A stretch of 63,582 nucleotides of DNA, filler included, from Hyphochytrium catenoides (lineage: Eukaryota; Protista; Hyphochytriomycota), in the NCBI GenBank assembly GCA_900088475.1. It is 5 parts of 5 records of this genome, joined end to end, with 100 filler letters (N's around TTAATTAATTAA, not from the genome) between each part and the next. Parts side by side here need not be neighbours in the genome. Positions count along the whole stretch, not along the records: positions 24,162 to 52,361 come from FLMG01001891.1; 4 more parts are not named here. One strand, given 5' to 3'. Position numbers and translations under genes: made by a program. A model generated the notes under the pieces. That model made no database searches. It was given only the letters and a program-made list of their open reading frames with translations, and was not told where the DNA came from. How positions within the stretch are numbered: the first letter of the stretch is position 1; every line of letters starts with the position of its first letter. Positions 24,762 through 37,000 of the stretch are shown one piece after another.

Positions 24762-25882
24762 TGTGCGAAAGCGGATGTAGGCTTTCGCTTTGGAGTTTCT
24801 CGATCTTCAGGATATCATGTATGGATGAGCAGAGAGGAGTCTTTGCTCTTCTCCCTGAGCTCTTACATGCTGCTCAACGCCGCTCTCTCTGTCTTTCACG
24901 CCTCCCTCCTCCCAAGGCCACTCTTTTTCCCTCGACAACCACTGCGGCTGAAAGGTGTGGAGAGCTCATCGTAAGAGTATAACCCTCGCCATAACCCTAA
25001 CCCTATACTGCTCCTTCAGGCCCTGAACTCTTTAGCATGGCCGAGCATTGTCTGATCCAGGGCGGAAGCGCATGAAGATGGCAAAGTATCGGGGCTGCAG
25101 ATCTCAGTAGGACAGTAAACGGAGACGATGCGACTCATCACCAGGGTAGCATGCCGTGGAGCGATGAATCCAAGCGGCGGCTGGCGCAGCAGAAAGGATA
25201 AGGATCGGAGTAAACCCTCAAGAGTGGGCTGGGCTCGTTTACGGATCGTACTGCGCGGCGGGCGGCGAGCTAAGAGCTCCCAGCAGAGCAACGGGAAAGA
25301 GGGACAGATGATCTGGTGGCAGAGAACACCATCAGGAGAGAGAGAAAGAAGAGGAAGAGAGAGAAAGAAGAGGAAGAGAGAGACAGAGAGGGAAAGAGAG
25401 AGAGAGTGGGTGCAGTTTGTACCAGGGTGGGATGAAGGGAGGATGCACCAAGGGATTGGCAAGTAGGAGAAGGAGGATGAAAACTCCACGAATGGCGTCA
25501 CGCCGCCATATGAACAAGGAGAGACGGTGACAATGATCCTGGGCCTACAGCCTTGCTGCAGACCTCCATTGATCAACTGGTAGACCAGAGCGAAACGGAC
25601 GGATACGTGACAGAGCCCAAAGAACTGCGACAACGAAAACTTAGAAGATGGGAGAGGAAGAGAAGAGAGGTCTCTGAGCAAGAGAGTACATGAAAGCGAG
25701 GGAGAAAGAGAGGAGAAAGAGGTAGTTCCTACCCTGAGAGAGAGAGAATGAGAGTGATAGGCCAAAGAAGACCGGAGACATTAATGAGACCGCGTGCGTG
25801 TGCCAAGGACCGCCTAGGTCAAGAAACACACAGCGCTCACTAGCTAGGAAGCCTCATTAGTAAAAGGTACAGCGAGAGAGAG

Positions 25883-25923
<41 letters not shown>

Positions 25924-26096
25924 AAAGAGAGAAGAGAGAGGAGAGAGAGAGGAGAGAGACAGGGAGGGGCTCTCAAAAGGAGGGAGGTGTGCGACCGTTT
26001 TCTTTCCTTGGCTAACTAGCCGCTAACGCATTCCTTCGAACCTTTCATCATCAACGGGAAAACAACAACAACTACACATCATGCTGACCCACAAGC

Positions 26097-26673
26097 CAGA
26101 AGCAGGAGCAGAAGCAGCAGCAGCAGCAGGAGGAGGGGCAGCAGCAGGAGCAGAAGCAGCAGCAGCAGAAGCAGCAGAAGCAGCAGCAGGAGGAGGGGCA
26201 GCAACCGGAGCAGAAGCAGCAGCAGCAGCAGGAGGAGGGGCAACAGCAGGAGCAGAAGCAGCAGCAGCAGCAGGAGGAGGGGCAGCAGCAGGAGCAGCAG
26301 CAGCAGGAGGAGGGGCAGCAGCAGGAGCAGCGGCAGCAGGAGGAGCAGCGTGCAGCAGGAGGAGGGGCAGCAGCAGGAGCAGCGGCAGCAGGAGGAGCAG
26401 CGTGCAGCAGGAGGAGGGGGGGCAGCAGGAGCAGCGGCAGCAGCAGGAGGAGGGGCAGCAGGAGCAGGAGGAGGGGCAGCTGCAGCAGGAGCAGGAGCAG
26501 CAGCAGGAGCAGCGGCAGCAGGAGCAGCGGCAGCAGGAGCAGCGGCAGCAGGAGGAGGAGGAGGGGCAGCAGCAGCAGGAGAAAGAGGGGCAGCAGCAGC
26601 AGGAGGAAGAAGAGAAGCAGCAGCAGCAGCAGGAAGAGGAGCAGGAGCAGGAGCAGGGGAGCAGGAGCAGGAG
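26097..26673. repeat. GCA/GGA trinucleotide-derived compound tandem repeat (~39-bp higher-order unit GCAGGAGCAGAAGCAGCAGCAGCAGCAGGAGGAGGGGCA)
   Basis: Directly visible. It gives overlapping poly-A/G, poly-Q/E, poly-L and poly-C ORFs on both strands. Confidence 0.9.
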
Positions 26674-27297
26674 GCTTTAAGTCGCGCCAAGAAGGGACGC
26701 AGACGGCGAGGCGCAGGCGAGGAGGGACAAGCCCAAAGTGCGCCAAGTAGTGGCGCTGCTGCCGCTGCGTTAGAACATTAGTGCTACAGCGAGACGACAT
26801 GACCTCCTCTGAGAGGATGAAGGAGCCCAATTAGCCGCGCGTCTTGCTATCATGGCGATGATGGCGAGGACCCAAGAGACCGCTCAGGAAGAACATGCGA
26901 TAAACCTTAATAGGAGAGAGAAGGGCTGCCGAGATTGCTGCACATGCCTTCAAATCACCTATAAGTTGGCGTCCGATAGCCTTGACTCATCTAGTTCCTC
27001 CCGCTAAAGTAGTCTCTCATCGAACTCCCATTTTTTTGTCGATTTGGTTAGTGAATTAACAGAGGCTCTTACTTTTCTTCTCCTCCTCTAGCTAACGTTT
27101 CTCCGGTCTCCATCTCTCATAGAGTTTCGGATTATAGGCTGGTGGTTCTTCTACCACGAAAGGAGGAGAAGCAGCGAGCACGCCGATGTGCTGCTCTTGG
27201 TCCTAGCTGCCTGTCTGCGTGTCCTAGTAGTCTGTTGCTCTCTCTATTGTGCGGCGTATAGAGGATAGATTGGCAGCTTATTCGCCTAGTACGTCTT

Positions 27298-30200
27298 TCA
27301 GCTCTCTCCAAGACGACGAGTCGTAGCCGAAGGCGGGCGTGCTGAACACAATGGTGAAGGGTCGACGTACTCTACCTTATACTCGATGCGAGATAGGCCC
27401 ATAACTAGGAGCTCCGGCTGCCGCGCAATGGATAGGAGGCTCCTTAGAGAATACATAATAATAGTCATAAGACTATCGAGAGCCAGGCTTAGCGGAGATC
27501 GGCTGATGATGGAAAGAGCGCCTGTCATGACAGTCATTCCTTCTGTAGGCAGAAACACGAGGTACACTCCCAGCATCACTTCTGCTAGCAGAAGGGAAGA
27601 TAGTATTGGGACCAGACAGTGACGCCGCGTCTGTGGGGCCATGACCAGTGCGTCTTGACAGACCAGCACCACTATAACGGTGATGACAAGGGAGACGGGC
27701 ACTAGTGACCTGCATCAAACATTGAGAATGTATAGGAGTAAGAAGACCATCCTCTTCTTAGAAACTGAAGACAGCGAGGATTTCTCCGATTGCCAGGTGC
27801 TCAACGGTTCTAGTGATCGGAAAGCGAGAGCAGACGGCAGGAACAGAGACAGAGAAAGGAAGGGAAAGCAATACATCAAACAGAAGATCGTTGTGATCAG
27901 CTAAGAGTGTGAAGATTGCGAAGAGGAGAGAGCGAAGAACCTAGGATGGAGGAGGACGAGGGGATGGTGCCAGCCAGACGATTCAAGCAGGTAGTAGATC
28001 TCATAGCAAGCTTGTAATCAGCATCTTACCTGGTGTCCCAGTGGAGCAGCAGACAACAAAAGAGAATAAGCTCCACGAGGTTGAGAAGGAGCATCCACAG
28101 GTCAGAGGAGCGCAGGATCTTTGCCAAAAGGGTAGGATGGCAACGGAGAACTAGCAGACCGTTCAGAAAGGAGTTAAAGAAGAACGGAAGCAGCAGCCAA
28201 TAGGTCGACGAATGGCTGTCCTCTTCTTGGTTTCCTTGACCACTTCCATCCTCACTTCTGCCTCCTGCCGACATTAGCAACAGCAGCTGAGCCAAAAGAC
28301 TTAACAGAGACAAGATGTAGAGAAAAGGCTCTCTCCCTATCACAAAGACATCCCAGACAACGTTTCTTCCTTTCTTAGACTCCTTCATTCCTCCTTCTGC
28401 TCTTTTAGACTGTCCTCTGACGAAGCGCGGTCCTAGTGCAGCGAGAGAAGGAGTGATGGTCATCTTCCGTAGAATTCTCAAGCTTGCCAGATTCCTCTTC
28501 TGCAGCTTGGTGATGAGAGAGAAAAAGAGGTCTTTATGTGTATCAATGTGAAGAGGCTTTTGCAGAGGCCTCAAGCGATAGATCCGCGCTCCTCTATTTT
28601 TCCTGAGAAGGAGAGAAAGGGCGAGAGTTAGCTCGCCACTAATCTGCTGCTGACTGGGATATTGTGTCTGTCATAAGCTAACCTTATTTCTCTCCTCTAT
28701 CTAGTAGATTACTCCTTACTATAAGTCACCATTCCCACTCAGAATGTTCTTGCCCTCAATCAGTCTTCATCAGTTCACCATCGCTTCTCTACCTTTATCG
28801 CCAGCCTTGTCGTCGCCCGCCTTACCGTGTCACTTTAACACTTCCAGCAGCTTTGTCACCATCTGCCTGGTCATGAGGACCCCACTTATGAGCCATCTGC
28901 TGCCCAACCTGCTGCCCAACGGAGACCGCAGGAACTACTGAAGATGATGGAGGGAAAGGTGCAACGCCAGCTAAACCCTTTTCGTTTGACTGCTGATCTT
29001 GATGCTGAACTTTGTAGCAGCACTGGTTCATGCCCTCTCTCTCTAATCTCTGCTTATCTTGAGTGGTGGAGGTCCGAGGACCGTAGCATATCTGGAAGAG
29101 AGAGCCGTCTTGTACGGGGCTTTTCACTGCTTCACCGATGGTTCCATCACTCTTCTCTTTCCTAGCAAGTGGTTCTGCTAGAGTCGCTTGATCTAACTCC
29201 TTTGGAGTCTCATAAGGATGCTGTCCTCTGTTTGCAGCCTCTCCCTCCTGAAACTCTGTTCTGCTCTCAGGAACCTCCTCTTTGTCGTGAAAGGAGTTGC
29301 CTTCTCTCTCTATCGACAAAGGACATTTGATATTTACAAAGTCTGCCGCTCCTCTAGCGGCGGGCCTAGTGAGCTTCTTAAAGTATCTGTGAAGCTGCTG
29401 GCAGTTGAGAAGAACAACGGTGACGACGGAATCTGCTGCGAGTAGCCAGGGTCGAATGGGAACCTTGAAAACGGTGATTGCCATCCGCTCCATTCCGGGG
29501 AATGGATCGACGTAGAGGATGTATGCCACTCTGAGGAATCGGTTTAGTCACAAGGGGGAGTAAGAATGTGAGATTATAATTGAGTTCGAGGAAAGACGGG
29601 AAATGAGAAGAAGAGGCAGTCGTGCAAGCAAACGATTAGCGGAACGAGCCGGAGATGCCGCCGTATCACTGACCTGGAGAGTATCACGATCACTATGGAA
29701 ATACCTAGCAGGGCGAAACGGATAACGCTCCTCGAGAGGCCAGCTTGTGGCATTGAGTCCAAGATGATAGGGATAGTAACGCTCACGGCAATTCCGGAGA
29801 AAGCAAGAAAGGCCTTGGCCCCATCTCCCTGGCTGGTGAAGTGGTAGACGAAGAGAGAAAGAGCTGGAAGGCTCTGTAAGACAAAAAAGAAGACTTCCCA
29901 CTGACAAAAAAGCAATCCAAGGAGCTCCCAATGGAATTCGGGGAGCAGTGAACAGAAGTAGATCAAGAGAGATAGAGCAGCGCCATATCCCAAAAGAGAC
30001 GAGGAAAAGTACTTCCCCTGCTCTTCTTGTCCCCTCTTCTCCAGAAGCAGAGCAAAGCCTACTGCCCCCACAGTCATGCTTCCTCCTACCCAGATTATGA
30101 GGTAAGCAGGGCTCCGCCGGAGCGAGAAGTAGAACTTCTGAAGCGATTTTGGGATCACTTTGCTCCCTACTGTGCCCTTGGCGTCTACGGACGGCTGTAG

Positions 30201-30455
30201 ATAGTTTGCCAAGGGCTTCACTACCCAGAAGCGGTCATTGTTGTTGGCGGGATGGATTGGAGAGGAAGAGACCGGTTGGGAAGAGGATGCAGGCAAGAAA
30301 GAGGGTCGTGGAGTCGGGTTGAGGGAGGCAGTAGTAAGCGAACAAGGAGGTAAAGTTGCGCAAGGCTTGTTGTCTTCCTTCGAATGCACACCAGGACCTG
30401 GAGCTGGAGGAGTGGCGCGCGGGGAGAAAGAGGGTCGGACTAGTATGTCTGACAT
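27298..30455 (-). CDS. Multipass membrane protein, ~823 aa, two tandem homologous TM modules. Exons 30455-29674, 29530-28826, 28602-28030, 27709-27298
   Basis: Four ORF-track fragments joined by three phase-2 GT-AG introns (AG|GTCAGT, CG|GTAAGG, AG|GTAAGA; CTAAC and pyrimidine tract before 28602). Module 1: RFWVVKPL...LLGLLFCQWEVFF...LDS...PWLLAADSVVTVV. Module 2: RIYRLRPL...LLAKILRSSDLWM...WDTR...QDA...PLSLALDSLMTII. Confidence 0.75.
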
Positions 30456-33400
30456 AGTGTCCCGTGATGTGCTTGGTTCTGTCTTCTCTAGCTCTCGATA
30501 ATCTATCTGCCACGCTACGTCTCGCAGCTCAGCAGAGACCGCAATGTTAGTTGCTTATCTAGCCATCGCATGAAGAGCGAACAAGAAGGATTCATTTCCA
30601 GCTACATCGCTGGGGATAGGGGTCATGATAGCCAAAAGAGGAGGTCAACATCACAGCGAGATGAGAAGTACCGACTGAGGCGAAGAGGAACAGAGAGTGC
30701 AGTATAATCGTCTCGTTTGCATCTGGCAAGATGATGGCGACTGTAACCAATGTTGAACGTTAGTAGTGGTGGACGCCCATCCTCCTCAAGGATGGAGGAT
30801 CAACAGCGAAACGAGAAGGATGAAAAGACTATTTAAGGCTTTCAAAAGAGCTCTAGTTCCTCCTGCTGGCTCTCCGTCACAGACAAGGACGGTCAATTGC
30901 CCCTTTAAACCAGGAGGCACCACTGCCTAACACTGGGCCTACAACCACCTAATAAGCCTGTCGCATGGTCAATAATCAAAGGACATGGAAGGGGGAAAAA
31001 CGGGGCAATGAAAAAGAAGCAAAGAAGAGAGGTGAGGTCATGAGAAGGAGATGGGCTATGGCCAAGGAAGATGCTTGATGTTAGGCGCTCGCCAAACTAC
31101 TTCTTTTGATAGGGGACCAACTGCAACTTCCCACCACCTTGGCATCTGCCCTACACTTTCTCAAGGCTGCTGCCTGCTGGCCCATCTATCCATCCCACTG
31201 CCCTCAGGTTCCACGCCAGAGGCACTAATCAAATGGTCAGACAGTGAGAGAGGGCGACTGATGACCATCATCATGATGGGGTTTTGGAAGAAGAAGGAAA
31301 GAGCTGGAGAAGAAGAAAAGGTGAGGGGAGGGAGCGTCAAGTCCAGATGGTGCAGAGACAATCATGCCCGTGGCCACCTGATGACCCTTCATCTGCTCTT
31401 GAAAGCTCTGACTTCGGGCTACAACGGCTTCTTGGAAAGGCATGCTGTCAGGATAATTTGCGCACCTGAGAGAAAGACCATATTTGACACTTTATAGTCT
31501 ATCACTCATCTTGCGTCGAGTGGTCGCCATTGAGCTCAGTTTGACCATTAGGGCATGTGAATTATACACCAGTGGAGATAAAAGGCGTCATTTGACATCC
31601 TTGTAACCGACGCTTAGGCCTCTGCAGTCGCTCTTGTCCAAAGAGTCGGCTGCTTTGGCTCAGTCATTAGAAGGGAGGAGTCATAGTCCTTTCTCTAGGG
31701 TTGTCCTGAGACTTACTGCTGGCTCTTGGTCGAATGAGACACCTGCTGTGGGCTTGAGGTGGGGCCCAGTAACTTACCACCTTCTCTGGCTATTCCCCAG
31801 CCTCGTTCCATAATTACCTCAATAATAGAGGTCTGTATGGGTTGGTCCAGTGGTCTTGTTTACTTTCATTGCTGGCTGCGGCTGGTACAACGTGCGGGTC
31901 ATCATCACTCCGCGGACGAGAAAAGAAGGAGAAATGCGTATTATGACTTAGATTGCCGTCTGTCATGCATTGGCATTGCAAAACCAATCATTACTAGACG
32001 GTCGATGTAAGGACGGCAGGAAAGGAGAGACCTTGATGATGAGCATTAGCAGCTGTAAACATCCTACCTCATTATTGGTGGCAGCTTGTAAGCAGAGCAG
32101 TAGGGCGATCCTGCTGCAGCAGCAGCCAAGTTGTAAGCCAGTTCGGCCCTTGGGATAATAGATGGAAACTATTCACAGTCAGCATTAAGGGTTAGGATCA
32201 ATCTTAGTATGTAGGTGAGATACGGAGAATAGGATAACAGACTTGGGGGCTCTTGCAATCGTGGCGTAGGAAGTCGCCAGCATAATCCCAGCAGCTGACA
32301 AGGAGAAGGAGGAGGAAGTTAGACTATTTATAAAAGCGCTTATTCTGCAACACGGGCATTGTCGCCGTAGCCTAGGCACCAGCTCTTCGTCTCAGAATGA
32401 TCTCGTTGTTGTTGACAAGAATCCAAAAGACAGAGGTATATGGAGAATGACGTTAGGGCTGTAGGGGTGCCGCAGAGAAGAATTGGTAACAGATAACAGT
32501 ATGGCTTTTATGCCGAGCGGCCACGACAAGACTAACGGCTAAGACGAAGAAGAAGAAGACGGTGGCGGAAGATGGAAGATGGAGAGAGCCGATGACTGAA
32601 GAAACAAATAGAGCAGAATGAAGAAGACGCAAAGAGCAAAAGAGGCAAACTTGAGCCACGATGCAGAAGAGAGAGAACAGCCTTTCTTCATCGTAAGGCT
32701 AATAAAAGAAGAAGAAGACGGGAAGACCTGCTAGGAACTCATTGTTGCGAAAGCAAACAGCAGAAAGAAGTATCAAAACATTGGGGGATTGGGGGCATCT
32801 TCTTCTTCCAGCCACAACAAAGATCTTCCCTTTGCTGAGGAACGGCTGAGGAGAGGCTCGGCCTTGACTTCCTCGACAACATTCCTGCAAAAAAGCAGGC
32901 AGCACTGCAGCGCAGAACTATTAGCGAAGGAGGATAAAGGCTTTAATACATCCGAACGAACGCCAGCGGGGGCGACAAGGACAGAGGACTATGGTATGAT
33001 GAAGGCACGAAGAGTTTTTGTTGTAGATCATTATGCAACGAGGAGGAAGGAGCAACGAAGAGGAAAGAGCGATCGAATGAACAATCGAGCAAGTAAAGTG
33101 TTTGGTATTGGTGCAGCACCCCACACCAACATCGTGGGGGAACCATCGTTTGGGCTTTCTTCTATACTATAAAGGGAGCCCGTAAGCTAAACTAGAAGGG
33201 AGATGCCCCGGTACCCCTTGTCGTGGGGGTCTTCCCCAGATTGGGCTGTTACGAACCGACACAACAACGGCAGAAGCCATCATCGACCTTCGGACTAGGA
33301 TCAGGTAGATCCGCTCCACTTATGAGGCTGGTACCTCGCAAGGCGGTTAATTATCAGATTGAAAGATATGCTGATGGTGTCAGAATTCAGCCGACAATGG

Positions 33401-34080
33401 AGGAGAAAGCGGCGAGTGCGGCCAACCACCGAACAACCGACGATCGAGGCGGACAGAAGAGGAGAGAGCTGCTGCTGCTCACAAGCAGCAGAGAGGCAGC
33501 AGCAGAGCCTATCAAACGGCAGAAAGGAGAGCCGACGAAGAAGGGAGAAGCAAGGGTTACAGCCATGGAAAGAGCAGAGACACCTAAAGGATAGTAGGGA
33601 AAGTAAGAGCATCGGTGCAGAATTTGGACTCTGTCGTTAGAGATGGTTGCTTGGTGGAAGGCGCTGAAATGAGTAAAGCAAGAGGTGAGGAGTGGATAGA
33701 CTTCTTCAAAGGTAGCGGCTGACCGTACCAGGATAGCAGAAGCAGTGCTATGACTGAGTACACCCATCCCTTCGTCCAGCTTTCCTCCTCTTCAGCATCC
33801 CGCCTCGTACTTCTTCTCATCACACATCTCCTAAGAGAACAGTGCAGGAAACCAATCATACAGGCATAACAGCCTCCCAACATTCCGTTTAATAGCAGCC
33901 AATTCAAGTCGATGAAAGGCCCGGGAGAGTGCTGAGGACCGATCGACCAGCAAACAAGCTCTCTCTCTCCCACGCGGCATTACGCCACTTTCGGAAAGGA
34001 AGAAGGTGCTGCCCAACAGGGAGAGACACAGACGACTCACCACCAGCTAGCGCGATTCTCAGCGCTATAGTGGCGGAAAG

Positions 34081-37000
34081 ATGGACAATCAAGCAATGAA
34101 TGAGACCCAGAAGGGAAAGCCCAGCAGCAGTGCTTCCTTTCTTTCCTCTCCTGTGCGATCTTCTTCGCCCCAGTCTTCTTATTTACAGTATGGGATGACT
34201 ATCTCTCTATTCAATCTTGAGGCTGAAGGCTTCCTCTCCTCCGAAGGCTTTGCAGACCAGTCTCTACAAATTCAGGCGGCAGCATTGCCTTCAGCGTGGC
34301 TAGAAGGGGAGGGGAAGAACGTTAAGGGACCAAGACCGGTCCCTTCGAAGTACTTCCGCGACTGTCTCTTCGAGGTAGTACCTTGGCGCACGCATGATGC
34401 GACTGATGCGTTAAACATCGCCATGCAAAAGCGGTAAGAATGCCCTTTACACTCTAAAAGAGGGTGTACCTCCAGCTTAAGGGTTTCAATCTCTGACTCC
34501 CTGGTCGCTTATCGTCCAATCTTTCAAAGAACGCGTTCGCTCTATTGTCTCCCTCCCTCAAGGTTGTTTTGCTCTCAATCGCAACTCACAACGTAGTGCC
34601 ACATGCTTGTCAGTTGTATATGCAACGCTCGCTTGTCTTTCCATGAATTCATACCGTTGCGTTCGTTTGGTCACATTAACAATGTCATCTACTGGCTAAA
34701 ATGGTCTATGGTTCCAGAAACTTTAAGTCATCCACGGCGGACGACAACTATGGTGAAGAACTTGCAGAGCTGTCAGAGTTGGAGTGGAAGACAGAGATTG
34801 AAAGAAAGAGTAACGAGACAATGTACAGGAAGCTCACAGGCAGCATTGTGAAGTATGGCGCTGGGATTCAGCTGCGGCATGTCAAGACTAACACCTTTCT
34901 GCACGTTGACATCAAGAACTCTACGGAGAGGAAAGATAAGGGTAGGTAAATCTACCACCTCTTCCTCTCGGTCGCCCCGTAGTAGTAACTTGTTACCGGT
35001 GGCGAGGTGTTCTCCTCCTGTCAGTGTCTCTTACGCTTGTCTCTCTAATCGCGGTTAGGGATCTTCTCTACTGCCCTTGGAGAGTCTTGCGAAAGCGCTC
35101 ACCTCACCATTCTGCCTGGATACAAGCTAAGAGAAGTTGGGGAGCCTGTACAGCTGACGGACCACATCGTGTTTCAATATCAGCATCAGAAAGTGAAGAT
35201 GTTTCTTTCCACCGACCTCGGAAGTGAAGCGGAGAGCACAGGAGCGGAAAGGCGACTTCACTTTTCCATTCGCTCTTTAACTCCCTGGCTTCCACATCTT
35301 TTTGACGAGAATCAGGAAAGAGAGAAGGAGAAGGGCAATGCGACCACTCTGAGGGCAGGCGCTTGCATTAGGCTATTCCATATGGAATCTGGGTCTCTTC
35401 TCACCTATGATAGCTCTCCTCATGCCTCAGAAGGAGAAGAAGGTAAGGGTACATCCTTTGCCTCTTGTGAATAGCTTAGTGCCCTGCTCTTCCTTTCACC
35501 TTCAACGTTCTATCTCTGTCACACATAACGGTCCTGCTGCATCTCCTTTAAAGTTTAAGCTCTGACTTTGAAGCTTCAACAATGCCTACGAGTTAATCTC
35601 TGTGTTCATATTGGACGCTCTCCCTGGCCAGGCTACCCTCTCTCCAAAAGCAGGGGTCGCCATGAGATCGATACGGAAGGACAGACCAAAAGGGGAGAAG
35701 ACAAGAAGAGGGAGGCTTCTGTATTCCTTTCGCCGTCTGGTACTCAGGGTGACGCCTCTCACTCCCTTTGGGAGATTGAGATGGACAATCCTCTTCATGG
35801 AGGTCCCATCTCCTGGCATGCCACCTTTAGGCTTCGTCACCTATGTTCAGGAATGTATCTCGAAATAAAGAGCAGTGAGCCAGGTAAGAACCCCAGGAGA
35901 TTGGAGTCCGGCAGGAGAGGTATCACGGGGGTTATTTACCGGGACATGAGCGCGGAACAAGCTCAAACACTGTGAGGCGTCATCGCCATAGAGACATCGA
36001 GAGAGGCGTTGCTATTATACAAGCGCTAACATACAATCGATTTGCAGAAGAAATAAAGGGAGGATCTGAAGACTACGAGGCTGAGGATGAGACTGGTAAG
36101 GCTTCCTTGTCTTTCTCTCCCTATACCTGGCTTGACTAATACTCCTCGAGGAGTCATAGCTTTCTAGGCTGCTTGCAAGTTGCAAACCCACCAATTATAT
36201 GTTGTGCTTTGTCTCCTTTTGATCTTTATTCATGGAACTAACCTAATGCCCACCTACGGCAGCTTCTAAGACCTACCACCTGGGCCTAGTAAAGACGGAG
36301 ATGATGCTAGCCAAGCGTGAAAGCAGTCGGTTCATGCTTTCCTCGCTCTCTTCTGCGGACCATGGGTACGATTCCTATCTCTGAGAGTCGTGTCTGAGCT
36401 TGTTGCACTTTGATCTTCAAAACTTCTAACGGCGTTACTCTCCTGTGAAAAACTCGTGGCATTCCTCTCAGACACGTGGAGCATGGCAGTGTTGCCCGCA
36501 TCGTATCCACGGAAACAACGGCGGCACTTCACGCCCTAGAGCTGACTGGAGGGAGTAATCCATCTCCTCCACTGCGCCGGCACTCTTTTGCCTCAGAAAG
36601 CCCGACGCGGGTGTCTCCACTTCTCATGTCGACCACTTCTGAAGGTGACCAAAAAGCGCTAGCCGTCTTACGTACAGGCTTTCGTCCCCTAGATGCCTTC
36701 AGAATTGTCGCTGTCGACGCTGAGGAGATGACAGACACTTTACAGCTTCTGTCGATAAAGCCCACGCTAAAGGAGGTATGAAAACAATTCTCCCACACCC
36801 TACGTGCCCCAGATTCTATCCTCTTTGCGTGTGGTCGAGACTGTGGCTTCTAAACCTCTAATCGTGTGTCTCTAGTATATTTCCTGGGTTAGGAGAGAGA
36901 AGGCTCTTCCGAGCGATAAGCTCGTTCGGAAGGCAGAGAGAGTCCTTTCCTCGCTCATCTTCTTCTGTATTGATACAAATGACAAGGATGCCCTCACGGC

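Noticed and set aside
25016-26900. Stop-codon reassignment suggested by in-frame TAA/TAG
   Set aside because: Well-supported genes here end in TAA (ITPR), TAG (paralogs A, C) and TGA (DAGL, subtilisin), and their conserved exons have no internal stops.
30500-34000. Many short ORFs between the membrane gene and ITPR
   Set aside because: No recognisable motifs or consistent splice chain; treated as intergenic.
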